DNA of 63,270 nt from Calditrichia bacterium (lineage in GTDB: Bacteria > Calditrichota > Calditrichia > RBG-13-44-9). Positions 36,033-45,247 of this stretch are shown here, piece after piece; positions within the stretch are counted from its first letter, which is position 1; each line of letters starts with the position of its first letter. The notes under the pieces are model-generated. The model was not told where the DNA came from and made no database searches. It saw only the letters and a list, made by a program, of their open reading frames with translations. The stretch covers positions 1 to 63,270 of the forward strand of contig JARRQT010000004.1 of assembly GCA_037381445.1 (NCBI GenBank), given 5' to 3'. The position numbers and the translations under genes were made by a program.

Positions 36033-37549
36033 TTAAGAAAAGAGGAAGCGGGATCTTATTACATATTACCTCTCTCCCTTCAAAATACGGTATCGGAGAT
36101 ATGGGACCGGAGGCGTTCCGATTTGTGGATTTTCTCTCGCAAACCAAACAAGCGTACTGGCAGGTGCTCCCTCTGACGCCGACCAATCCGATTTCCGATA
36201 ACTCCCCCTATAACAGTTCCTCGGCATTTGCCGGGAATCCGCTTTTTGTGAGCCCCGAATTGATGCGGGAGGAAGGGCTGCTTGGCGAAAAAGATCTGGC
36301 CGGACTTCCGGATTTTCCCCGGGACCGCGTAGACTACGACCGGGTGATCGCAGAAAGGGAAAAACTATTGCAGATTGCCTATGAGCGGTTCAATAAGAAG
36401 CGGAATGATTATCAGGACGCATACGGCAGATTCTGCTCGGAGAACGCTGATTGGCTCGACGACTTTGCCCGTTTCCGGGCCTTCAAAATCCATTTTGACC
36501 GCAAAGCCTGGAATGAATGGCCTGTCGAGATTCGGGACAGAAATCAGCCCGCCATGGATTCGCTGGCAAAGAAGCTGCAGGACAAAATTGAATATGAGAA
36601 ATTTCTGCAATATCTCTTTTATCATCAGTGGGCAAAGCTAAAGGAGTACGCCAATAAAAAGGGTATTCGCATTATCGGAGATATGCCCTATTATGTGAGT
36701 TATGATAGCTCGGACGTCTGGACCAATCCCGAGGTTTTCAAACTGGATGAGGATAAGCGGCCCACGTTCATTGCCGGGGTTCCTCCTGATTATTTCAGTG
36801 AGACCGGGCAACTTTGGGGGAATCCGGTCTATCGCTGGGACCTTATGAAAAAGAGGCGCTACGCCTGGTGGATCAAACGCCTCAAACACAACCTGGAGCT
36901 TTTTGACACGGTGCGTATCGATCATTTTCGCGGATTTGTGGGATATTGGGAGGTGCCTGCGGAAGAAAAGACCGCCATCAACGGGAAATGGGTCCATGCG
37001 CCGGCGGAAGATTTCTTCAATACCGTGCGGGAAAATTTCCCGGATTTGCCCATCCTGGCGGAGGATCTCGGTGTCATCACGGAGGATGTCAAGGAGATTA
37101 TTCAGAAATTCGGCTTCGCGGGAATGAAAATTCTTCTGTTCGCTTTCGATGAAAGTCTGCCGGAGAATCCCTATGCTCCCCACAATCATATCCGGAACTG
37201 CCTGGTTTACACCGGCACCCATGACAATAACACCAGCCGGGGGTGGTTTAATGAAGAAGCCACGCCGGAAACGAAGGAAAGGTTTTTCCGCTACATTGGC
37301 AGGGACATGCACGAGCGGGATGTTAATTGGGAGTTTGTCCGCATGGCCCTGAGATCGGTGGCGGATATGGTAATCCTGCCCGTTCAGGACGTTATCGGAT
37401 TGGGTTCGGAGGCCAAGATGAACCGTCCCGGCACCGGCGAAGGCAACTGGCGCTGGAGGCTACAGACCGGTCAGATCAGGGAGGGAATGATCCGGTATCT
37501 GCGGGAATTGACGCTAATTTACGGCAGGACCAATTCCGGTGAGGAATAG
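36029..37549 (+). CDS. malQ: 4-alpha-glucanotransferase (amylomaltase, GH77)
   Basis: The track ORF begins at 35882 inside treY. ATG 36029 (MIKKRGSGILLHITSLPSKYGIGD) overlaps the treY stop (ATGA) and matches the MalQ N-terminus. Motifs: RIDHFRGF, LPILAEDLG, YTGTHDN and NRPGT..GNWRWR. Confidence 0.92.
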   Translation: MIKKRGSGILLHITSLPSKYGIGDMGPEAFRFVDFLSQTKQAYWQVLPLTPTNPISDNSPYNSSSAFAGNPLFVSPELMREEGLLGEKDLAGLPDFPRDRVDYDRVIAEREKLLQIAYERFNKKRNDYQDAYGRFCSENADWLDDFARFRAFKIHFDRKAWNEWPVEIRDRNQPAMDSLAKKLQDKIEYEKFLQYLFYHQWAKLKEYANKKGIRIIGDMPYYVSYDSSDVWTNPEVFKLDEDKRPTFIAGVPPDYFSETGQLWGNPVYRWDLMKKRRYAWWIKRLKHNLELFDTVRIDHFRGFVGYWEVPAEEKTAINGKWVHAPAEDFFNTVRENFPDLPILAEDLGVITEDVKEIIQKFGFAGMKILLFAFDESLPENPYAPHNHIRNCLVYTGTHDNNTSRGWFNEEATPETKERFFRYIGRDMHERDVNWEFVRMALRSVADMVILPVQDVIGLGSEAKMNRPGTGEGNWRWRLQTGQIREGMIRYLRELTLIYGRTNSGEE

Positions 37550-37767
37550 TCATCTGCACATGCTGGCGTGCGACAGATCATAACAGGTCAGCAAAAATTA
37601 GTTGTTCAGGGAAACAGCAGGGTGAGGAACGCGAGCGCCGCGCCGATGAAAAAGGATTTGACGTAGATTCCCTTTGCTTTGCTCTTCAGTCTTCTGACCA
37701 AAGATTTATCCGTGATCTTCTCCTCACCCCCATTCATATTGCGCGACCCGCGCGCAGCCAGCATCAC

Positions 37768-37965
37768 TCAGGTCTTCTCCTTTGCCTGCAATATCCCGAG
37801 TGCGCCCACCCAGAAAGGAATGATCAGAAACAGCCTCCACCAACCATCCGGATCACCGACAACCAGAATTAAAATGCCGATCACAATCATAGCAATTCCG
37901 GAAAGCAGCCTCTTCCGCTGCTCCGTTGGCCCGATGTTGGTCAATTCTTTGGGATTGCTGACCAT
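37768..37965 (-). CDS. Small two-TM membrane protein (65 aa), last gene of the LolA-like/ABC operon
   Basis: Internal ATG 37965 of track ORF 37768..38127 has a strong GGAGAGGAGG RBS and does not overlap the upstream beta-barrel gene. The product is MVSNPKELTNIGPTEQRKRLLSGIAMIVIGILILVVGDPDGWWRLFLIIPFWVGALGILQAKEKT. I have no confident family assignment. Confidence 0.45.
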   Translation of the reverse strand: MVSNPKELTNIGPTEQRKRLLSGIAMIVIGILILVVGDPDGWWRLFLIIPFWVGALGILQAKEKT

Positions 37966-38017
37966 TTTCCCCTCCTCTCCATTTAGAGAATTTGCCCGGA
38001 CTGCCTTTTTGACCCCC

Positions 38018-39265
38018 CTAAAAATAAATTCTGAAAGACGTAAAATAGGTGTCGGGGTAACTGCCGAATTCCGATTGCAGCTCAAAACCTTTGGGGGATT
38101 TCCCGATTCCCAGGTAACTTCCCCCACCGATATAAATATTTTCTGAAATGTTATATTCGATTTGCGGCGCCAGATAGAGTGATGGGTCGGTAAGATTGAA
38201 AAGCATCTCGCCGCTCAAAACAATCAGCGGAGTAAGCTGGTAGGTAACGCCGGGAATCAGATAATGCCTGCCCATCAAATACACTGCGCCGTACTGATAG
38301 GCGGTTTTTGTGAATTCCCGGAGATAATCGTCCGGCTGCGACGCGCCGGCTCCGTTGAAATGGTATTCGATGAAACCATAGGTCTTGCCGCTGAAACTGT
38401 AATCCAGCCCGGCTGACAGCCGGAAATAATTTTCAGCATTGAGAGACTTCTGTTCTTTCAGGGCGTCTGCAAAAACATAAGCGGATTCCAGCCACCAGCC
38501 GGCACCGCCCACCGAGCTTGCCACGTCAACTCCCGTCAGCAGGTTTTCGCGAAAGCCGATCGCCAGAAAAGAGATGTCCGATTTCCACTTATACAATTTG
38601 GTGCGAACAAAAAAGGCACTCTTGGAAAATTTGAAGTCCTCTCCGAAAACGTAACCGGTATCGAACTCGCCCAGCATCCCGATGGGAATCCGCATCCGCA
38701 GCGCATCAACGCCCAGCCTTTCCTCCTTATCCAGTTCGCTGAAAGTGAAGGGCGCAATCACGTCCGTGGGATTGATCACCCGCGCACTGCCCCAGGCAAT
38801 GGCCTGCCGTCCCAGGTAGATGTCTCCGAAAGCCGGTGAGAATTTAACGAATATCCGATCCAGATTTTGAAAAGTGCCGAAACTCTCCGGAATTTTCCCT
38901 TCCCGCGGATATAGCTGTTCGTCAAGATCCGTCACGCGGTATTCCAGCGGATTGATCCCGGTTAAAAACGGGGAATTTACAAATAACGATCTGGCCTGAA
39001 TTCGGAATGATAAATCATATGCGCCGTGCAGCGTGAACCAGCCGGAGGGCTTGTAGTACGCCTGCAGACGGACCCGCTTGTTGACGGCTCCTAGGGTGCG
39101 GTCTCCGGCGTTCCCCTGCGAAAACAGGGCCGGAAATTCCGGCTGCTGAAAAACCACAAAAAAGTTTTTGTAATAGCCTGAAAAGTTAAAGGGGGATGCG
39201 TTCAGGATATTATTTGAGAGAAGGAGTGCGATAATCCATGGTATAATCCGGAGTCGTTTGATCAT
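38018..39265 (-). CDS. Outer-membrane beta-barrel protein (porin-like), uncharacterised family
   Basis: Has a signal peptide (MIKRLRIIPWIIALLLSNNILNA). Aromatic/Gly-rich amphipathic strands alternate throughout. The C-terminus SFRIYF ends in Phe, as is typical for OMPs. Confidence 0.6.
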   Translation of the reverse strand: MIKRLRIIPWIIALLLSNNILNASPFNFSGYYKNFFVVFQQPEFPALFSQGNAGDRTLGAVNKRVRLQAYYKPSGWFTLHGAYDLSFRIQARSLFVNSPFLTGINPLEYRVTDLDEQLYPREGKIPESFGTFQNLDRIFVKFSPAFGDIYLGRQAIAWGSARVINPTDVIAPFTFSELDKEERLGVDALRMRIPIGMLGEFDTGYVFGEDFKFSKSAFFVRTKLYKWKSDISFLAIGFRENLLTGVDVASSVGGAGWWLESAYVFADALKEQKSLNAENYFRLSAGLDYSFSGKTYGFIEYHFNGAGASQPDDYLREFTKTAYQYGAVYLMGRHYLIPGVTYQLTPLIVLSGEMLFNLTDPSLYLAPQIEYNISENIYIGGGSYLGIGKSPKGFELQSEFGSYPDTYFTSFRIYF

Positions 39266-39281
39266 TTGTCAGCCGCAGGTT

Positions 39282-39971
39282 TCATTTGTCGCTCTCAATT
39301 TGACCGTCTTTCAGTACCACCAGTCGTTTGGCGCGTTCCATCACCATTTCATCGTGGGTGGAGAAAATGAAAGTCATGCCGGTTTTTTCGTTCAGATCGC
39401 GCATCATATCCAGCAGACCCGCGCCGGTTTCCGAATCCAGGTTGGCCGTGGGTTCGTCCGCCAGAATGAGGACCGGTTCCGACACCATGGCCCGGGCGAT
39501 GGCCACGCGCTGCTGCTGTCCGCCGGAAAGCTGGGTCGGCAGGCGGTTCTCATAGCCCTCCAGGCCGACATCCTGCAGAATCTTCAGCACGTGCTGGTGC
39601 CGTTCAGACTTGGGCACACCCTGCAGCAGCATAATGTATTCGATATTCTCTTCCACGGATAATACGGGTATCAGATTATATGCCTGGAAAATGAATCCCA
39701 GATTGTCCCGGCGGAAATCCGACAGCTCCTTTCCACTCATCTCGGAAATCAGTTTTCCGTTGAGCCAGACCTTTCCCTGGGAGGGGGAATCCAGCCCGGA
39801 AATGATATTCAGAAAGGTGGTTTTGCCGGAACCGGACGGACCAACAATGGCTGAGAACTCGCCCCTGTGAATGGTCAGGTCGATTCCGCGGATGGCATTA
39901 ACCGGGACCCCGTTATCGTGATAGACTTTATGCACGCCCTTGGCGACGATCACTTCATTATTATTTTTCAT
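39282..39971 (-). CDS. ABC transporter ATP-binding protein (LolD/MacB-type)
   Basis: The start is moved to ATG 39971 because the track's GTG 39986 overlaps the GGAGGA RBS. Motifs: Walker A GPSGSGKTT, Q-loop, signature LSGGQQQRVAIARA, Walker B LILADEPT and the H-loop. Confidence 0.92.
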   Translation of the reverse strand: MKNNNEVIVAKGVHKVYHDNGVPVNAIRGIDLTIHRGEFSAIVGPSGSGKTTFLNIISGLDSPSQGKVWLNGKLISEMSGKELSDFRRDNLGFIFQAYNLIPVLSVEENIEYIMLLQGVPKSERHQHVLKILQDVGLEGYENRLPTQLSGGQQQRVAIARAMVSEPVLILADEPTANLDSETGAGLLDMMRDLNEKTGMTFIFSTHDEMVMERAKRLVVLKDGQIESDK

Positions 39972-40002
39972 TAAATTGTCCTCCACTAATCCGCCCGGGA
40001 AC

Positions 40003-41229
40003 CTAAATGCTTTTGCGCATTGCGTTGGCAGGATTCATTTTTGCGGCATAAGCCGCCGGATAAATTCCCACAACCAGGGTAAATAAAAATACGGAAATCG
40101 GGTAAAGAATAAACTGATCCCATTTGAGCACGGGATAAAGCAGCTCGCGGAAGGTGACGCCGACAAACTCTATTCCGGTATAATCAATTCCAATCACTGA
40201 TGTAATGTAGGTGACCACAAATCCGATGATATCACCAATAAATATGCTGATAACGGCCAGCGCTCCCGCTTCAAAAATGATGAGTGCCGCCACGTTGAGC
40301 GGCCGGGTGCCGACAGCTCGCAGCACGCCAAATTCAAACATCCGCTCATGAATTGACATGAAGAGGGTGTTTACAATCCCCAATGCAACCACGCCGAACA
40401 ATATTAACCCGGTGAGCAAAATACTGAACTCTGACAATTTAAATGCCGCATCCAGTTGAGGGAGTATGACCGGCCACCCAACCGCCTCGTTGCCGAAGCG
40501 GGAAAATTTGCTCCAGAAAGGCAGGCTCTTTTCCCGTCCGTACTTAATGTCTTTAAATTTGAGCGCGATTTCATGGACGTTGTTGCCCAGTGCCAGCATT
40601 TCCTGGATTTTCGGCAGGCGCACGAATGCCATTCCCCGGTCCATTTCCTTTATATTGAAATGAAAGATACCCGAAATTCGAAACATCTCCTGGGACAATT
40701 CCCCGCTGCCGGCCTGCGCTACCGTCACGACTACCCGGTCGCCAACGCCCGCTTCCAGTATCTCCGCCAGTTTACTGCCGATGACAATGTCCCGCGGATC
40801 GTCTCCTGTAAAATAGGTTCCCTGCGTGATGGCCTCATCAATCTGGGAGAGGTACTTTTCCGTACCAGGATTAATTCCCACCAGATTTATGGAATTTACA
40901 TTGGCGGGGGAGGTTATCATGGCAAAGGACATCGCGCGGAGGGTGAAGTGCTGAACGATATCGGAATTTTTCAGCTCCGCCGCCACCGTATCCAGCTTAT
41001 TGACGGTGAGTTCCACTTCCTGGGTCTGACGGTATCCTTTGCGGTGGATTTGCCCTTCTCCCAGGTAGGAGGCGGTAGCGGATTTCACCATGTTCTGTTC
41101 CATACCGATCACCAGAGCGTCCACGAAAATGAGGGATGCCAGGCCGATCCCGATGGCTGTCCCTGCGATCACCGTGCGGCGCTTATTGCGGAAAATATTC
41201 CGCCAGGCAAGTTTTATGAATATCCACAT
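40003..41229 (-). CDS. ABC transporter permease, FtsX/MacB-LolCE family
   Basis: 408 aa. N-terminus IKLAWRNIFRNKRRT, a large periplasmic domain, and a C-terminal FtsX 3-TM module ending in PANAMRKSI. Confidence 0.85.
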   Translation of the reverse strand: MWIFIKLAWRNIFRNKRRTVIAGTAIGIGLASLIFVDALVIGMEQNMVKSATASYLGEGQIHRKGYRQTQEVELTVNKLDTVAAELKNSDIVQHFTLRAMSFAMITSPANVNSINLVGINPGTEKYLSQIDEAITQGTYFTGDDPRDIVIGSKLAEILEAGVGDRVVVTVAQAGSGELSQEMFRISGIFHFNIKEMDRGMAFVRLPKIQEMLALGNNVHEIALKFKDIKYGREKSLPFWSKFSRFGNEAVGWPVILPQLDAAFKLSEFSILLTGLILFGVVALGIVNTLFMSIHERMFEFGVLRAVGTRPLNVAALIIFEAGALAVISIFIGDIIGFVVTYITSVIGIDYTGIEFVGVTFRELLYPVLKWDQFILYPISVFLFTLVVGIYPAAYAAKMNPANAMRKSI

Positions 41230-41239
41230 AAGCTTCCCT

Positions 41240-42457
41240 TTAATGCATCCTCATCGATTTGGCCGGTTCAATCCGCGCCGCGCGCAACGCCGGAAAAATG
41301 CTGATAAATGTGGCGGCGAGAATAACCGTGATGGCCGGGATGTAAAGACTCTGTGCGGTAACTTCAGTGAACATCTTTGTGAATTCAATGCCGCCATAGG
41401 TGAAGGCCTGGGGCAGGGTTATGCCCTGCCGGGAAAATATATAATTGATCAGGCTGCCCAGCCCGGCGCCGATAATAATGCTGGCAATGGCCAGAATATT
41501 TACCTCGTATATCACCAATGCAAAAATCTGGCGCGGTTTGGTGCCCATGGCCTTCAACAGGCCGTATTCCCGGCGGCGTTCCAGCACGGACATCAGGACG
41601 GTATTCAGAACGCCCACCGCCACAATCAGGATGATAACGAACAGCATGATCCACATGCCCTGCTGATCGGCTTTCATGGCCTGATAAAAGCTTTTGGCAA
41701 AATCCTGCCAGGGATCCACTTCGAGATTGGGATTATCCAGTTTTTTGATGATTTCCCTGGTGAGTGCCGGGACTTCATTGAGTTTGTAGGCGACCACCGC
41801 GATCTCATGCACCTTCCCGGGCAGGGCCAGCAGGTCCTGTGCGTCTTCCAGATTCAGGTAGAATGACATACGGTCGCTGATATCGTCCCCCGATTCCGAA
41901 ATTCCGATGATTGTGTAAAGATCGTTGGCGATTGAACCGTCCGCCGCCTGCGAGACCACCACGATGGTATCTCCCGGGGAGGCTTTAAGCAGGGTGGCAA
42001 GTCCTTTACCTACAATGGCCTCGTGAGCAGGCGCTTCCTGAAAATAGGTACCTTGCACTATTTTTTTGTTGAAATTTACAGTGGCGGCTTCCCTCTCCGG
42101 GTCAATGCCGATGATCTGGGCGCCGGCGCTTTTGTCACCGACCGACACCAGACCGGCTGAGTAGAGCCGCGGCGCCCACGCTTCCACCTGCCTGAGGCTG
42201 TCAAGCTGGCGTCCCACCAGCCGGTAATCGTTAATGGTTTTATAGATGGATGGGCGGTCGAGGTAGCCCTTGGCGTGAATCTGAATGTGTCCCAATTGAT
42301 TGCGGGTGAACATATTGATGATGAAATTGTAGGTCCCGTCGGACCACCCGATGGAAAATGTGGCCAGCGTAAAGCCACCAAACATGGTGAGGGCGGTCAG
42401 GATCGTGCGGCGTTTCTGGCGGAAAATATTCCGGAAAGCAATTTTAAGCATCATCAT
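41240..42457 (-). CDS. ABC transporter permease, FtsX/MacB-LolCE family (second copy)
   Basis: 405 aa with the same architecture (LKIAFRNIFRQKRRT ... RAARIEPAKSMRMH). It is a paralog of the downstream permease. Confidence 0.85.
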   Translation of the reverse strand: MMMLKIAFRNIFRQKRRTILTALTMFGGFTLATFSIGWSDGTYNFIINMFTRNQLGHIQIHAKGYLDRPSIYKTINDYRLVGRQLDSLRQVEAWAPRLYSAGLVSVGDKSAGAQIIGIDPEREAATVNFNKKIVQGTYFQEAPAHEAIVGKGLATLLKASPGDTIVVVSQAADGSIANDLYTIIGISESGDDISDRMSFYLNLEDAQDLLALPGKVHEIAVVAYKLNEVPALTREIIKKLDNPNLEVDPWQDFAKSFYQAMKADQQGMWIMLFVIILIVAVGVLNTVLMSVLERRREYGLLKAMGTKPRQIFALVIYEVNILAIASIIIGAGLGSLINYIFSRQGITLPQAFTYGGIEFTKMFTEVTAQSLYIPAITVILAATFISIFPALRAARIEPAKSMRMH

Positions 42458-42472
42458 CTTGAATACCCGTTA

Positions 42473-43243
42473 TCAGTCGCTGGCCCGCAGATGCCTGAGC
42501 GTGAAGACATCATTCCCAATATCGAGGTTGAATTTCGCTTCGATGTAGCGCAGCACGGTTTTATGGCCTTCCTCCGTTTGAGGAATCAATTCCAGCACGG
42601 AAGGAATTTTTCTTCCGTCAAAAACTTTAATATCTTTAAAATTCATGACCCGCATCAGTTTGCCCTTGTCATCATAATAATTTTCCTGTACCGGTATGTA
42701 ATCCTCTGCGCGGGCGGAAATGATGATTTTCCCCCATACGATAGGCAGTCCTTCTTTGGGGATGAACCGGATATAAAGCAGACCCGGTCCCGGATTCGGC
42801 GGGGTAATCAGTTGATAAGTATAATCATCCACCATGGTAAACTCTTTCACCAGATCATCATTGTTAAAATCCGAGCCCATCCACGAACTCATCATCATGG
42901 AAGGCGGCACTTTGATTACTTTATTGGTTTTTGGCAAATAATTCCACATTTCATTTCCGATGCGCAGAGTGCCTACGCCCTGCTCCTTGGCGGGCTCTGT
43001 GATCCGGATGAAAGTCTTTTTCTTTCCCTCCGTCCAGATTTTCATCTTCAGCGTTCTTTCCCAGTGGGGAGTCACGATATCCATTTCCATAACGGAGTAG
43101 CTGCTGTTCGCGCGATAAAGTTCATCAATCCTTTCCACTATTTTGTGAATATCCTCGTCGGAGGGATGGGTTTGGGCAAATAATGGAAAAGCAAAAAGTA
43201 GAAATAAGAATACTGCTTTTGCGGATAGCTTCAGAAATTGCAT
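42473..43243 (-). CDS. Outer-membrane lipoprotein-sorting (LolA-like, PF17131-type) protein
   Basis: Has an AGGAGG RBS and a signal peptide (LFLLFAFPLFA/Q). VMEMDIVTPHWERTLKMKIWTEGKKKTFIRITEPAKEQGVGTLRIGNEMWNYLPKTNKVIKVPPSMM fits the LolA-like family that accompanies FtsX/ABC pairs. Confidence 0.7.
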   Translation of the reverse strand: MQFLKLSAKAVFLFLLFAFPLFAQTHPSDEDIHKIVERIDELYRANSSYSVMEMDIVTPHWERTLKMKIWTEGKKKTFIRITEPAKEQGVGTLRIGNEMWNYLPKTNKVIKVPPSMMMSSWMGSDFNNDDLVKEFTMVDDYTYQLITPPNPGPGLLYIRFIPKEGLPIVWGKIIISARAEDYIPVQENYYDDKGKLMRVMNFKDIKVFDGRKIPSVLELIPQTEEGHKTVLRYIEAKFNLDIGNDVFTLRHLRASD

Positions 43244-43706
43244 GCGGCTGACCTCCTATTGGATAAATATGGATTTTAGCCCGGTCGACTGGTCGAAATC
43301 CCAGTGGAATGAAGATAGTCAATAAGTGAATTAAAATGCAAACCTAAATTCATTTAATAAATCAGGATTAACTCCTGAAATTACTGCAAAGTAATCATCC
43401 TTAATTGATTCCGGACTGCTTTTTCCGGCTAATATAAAACCCCCGGCCGGGCAAAATGGAACAATCCGTCTGTTTTGAGTGAATAAAATATGCAACATCG
43501 TTTTTGACCAAATCGCAGGTTTTGACAATTTGTTTAGTCTGATAAGCAATTAAATAGTTTTTGAAAGCGTATATTATTTGAACTGCTTTCTCCCATGGCC
43601 AATGATACGGGTTCATCGAAAGTGTGACTGACCTGTCGGAGAACCGCCTGCCTGGCAATACAGAAAATGGATTTGCTGGGAAAACAGAGATACAGAGGTA
43701 AAAAGC

Positions 43707-44501
43707 ATGCCTGAATTGCCGGATGTTGAAATCTATAAAATCTATATGAATTCAACCTCACTGCATCAAAAAATTGAAAATGCCGAAGTGCTGGAACCTT
43801 CGCTGCTGGGGCAGGTCAGTTCCCGTTCCCTGCAGATGCGATTGAAAAACAGGGAATTTGAAGAAGTCCGGCGCCACGGCAAATACCTGTTTTCCAAGAT
43901 GGATAAGAACGAATGGCTGATTTTACATTTCGGGATGACGGGCTTCCTTAAGTATTACAAAAATGAGGAGCAGGCGCCCGGACACATCCGGCTGCTCATC
44001 CATTTCGATAACGGGTATCATCTTGCCTACGATTGCCAGCGAAAATTGGGACTGATAGATTTGACTGCAAATCCAAAGGATTTTATTGAGAAGAAAAAGC
44101 TGGGAATCGATCCCTTTGGGCCGGATTTCAATCAGAGCAAATTTAGGGAGCTGCTGAATGGCAGAAGGGGCGCCATAAAATCGGCCCTGATGAACCAGCA
44201 GATTATGGCCGGAATCGGCAATATATATTCCGATGAAATTCTTTTCCACGCGGGAATCCATCCGGCTTCTCCGGTAAAGAAACTGAAAGAAGCGGATTTT
44301 GAAAAAATTTATCGGGAGATAAGTACAGTGCTTCAGACCGCCATCGATTGCCGGGTAAATCCGGACAATTTCCCAAACGATTATTTGCTGCCAAACCGCC
44401 GGGAGAAAGAGGACTGCCCGCAGTGCGGCGGGACCATTCAAAAGGAAACGATTTCCGGCCGATCGGCCTATTTTTGTAGCAGGCATCAGAAAAAGATTTG
44501 A
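43707..44501 (+). CDS. Fpg/Nei family DNA glycosylase/AP lyase
   Basis: MPELPDVE N-terminus (catalytic Pro2/Glu3). H2TH motif: GAIKSALMNQQIMAGIGNIYSDEILFHAGIHP. The C-terminal zinc finger reads CPQCGG...YFCSRHQ. Confidence 0.85.
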   Translation: MPELPDVEIYKIYMNSTSLHQKIENAEVLEPSLLGQVSSRSLQMRLKNREFEEVRRHGKYLFSKMDKNEWLILHFGMTGFLKYYKNEEQAPGHIRLLIHFDNGYHLAYDCQRKLGLIDLTANPKDFIEKKKLGIDPFGPDFNQSKFRELLNGRRGAIKSALMNQQIMAGIGNIYSDEILFHAGIHPASPVKKLKEADFEKIYREISTVLQTAIDCRVNPDNFPNDYLLPNRREKEDCPQCGGTIQKETISGRSAYFCSRHQKKI

Positions 44502-44505
44502 GAAG

Positions 44506-45123
44506 ATGGAAACAGACATGTCAGAAAAAGATTTTTTGAAAGAATATCATCGAAAACGCAATTTCGACCGCACCTCGGAGCCTTTCAGTGGTGCGGGAGA
44601 ATCCCGTGGACAGCCGATTTTTGTCATACAGAAACATGATGCCAGCCATCTTCATTATGATTTTCGGCTGGAGGTAGACGGGGTGCTGAAGTCATGGGCG
44701 GTTCCCAAAGGTCCTTCCACGAATCCGGCGGAGAAGCGGCTGGCGGTAGCAACCGAAGATCACCCCATCGAATATGCCAATTTCGAGGGAAATATCCCCG
44801 AGGGAGAATACGGCGGCGGCACGGTGATGGTGTGGGATGCCGGCACCTATCAAAATCTGAAAGAGGAGGATGATCAGCATGAAAAAATTTCCATGAAACA
44901 GGCGCTGGATGAAGGGCATGCCACATTCCGGCTGCACGGGAAAAAACTCAGCGGCGGATATGTGCTTATTCGGACCAGAAGGGGAAAAGGTCAATGGCTA
45001 CTTATCAAGATGGATGATGATGAAGCGGATGCGCGGCGGAATCCGGTGAGCGCCGAACCGAGATCTGTTCTGACAGGGAGGACCATGGAAGAAATAAAAG
45101 CCGGGAAATCGCCTGAGAAATAA
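44506..45123 (+). CDS. Stand-alone LigD-type 3'-phosphoesterase (PE) domain protein
   Basis: Y..KRNFDRTSEP, FVIQKHDASHLHYDFRLE, GVLKSWAVPKGPS, VATEDHPIEYANFEG.IP.GEYGGGTV..WD.G.Y and F.LHGKKL.G matches the LigD PE domain along the whole length. Confidence 0.85.
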   Translation: METDMSEKDFLKEYHRKRNFDRTSEPFSGAGESRGQPIFVIQKHDASHLHYDFRLEVDGVLKSWAVPKGPSTNPAEKRLAVATEDHPIEYANFEGNIPEGEYGGGTVMVWDAGTYQNLKEEDDQHEKISMKQALDEGHATFRLHGKKLSGGYVLIRTRRGKGQWLLIKMDDDEADARRNPVSAEPRSVLTGRTMEEIKAGKSPEK

Positions 45124-45247
45124 TCCCGTGAAATTCCTCGAAGAAGCTTCTCGGCGTTAACATCATATTCAACTAATTTCCTTTGTTTAGGGAATACTAT
45201 CTGAAAAATGGAAAATTGCAAATATATTAGCTAAAGGAGAATGTCAT

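Noticed and set aside
37606-37737. A 43-aa minus-strand ORF (MNGGEEKITDKSLVRRLKSKAKGIYVKSFFIGAALAFLTLLFP) just downstream of the 65-aa membrane protein gene. It could be a tail-anchored micro-protein.
   Set aside because: There is no Shine-Dalgarno sequence upstream (GC-rich GCGCGCGGGTCGCGCAAT instead), it is below any length where composition is informative, and I recognise no family. I kept it out of the feature list.
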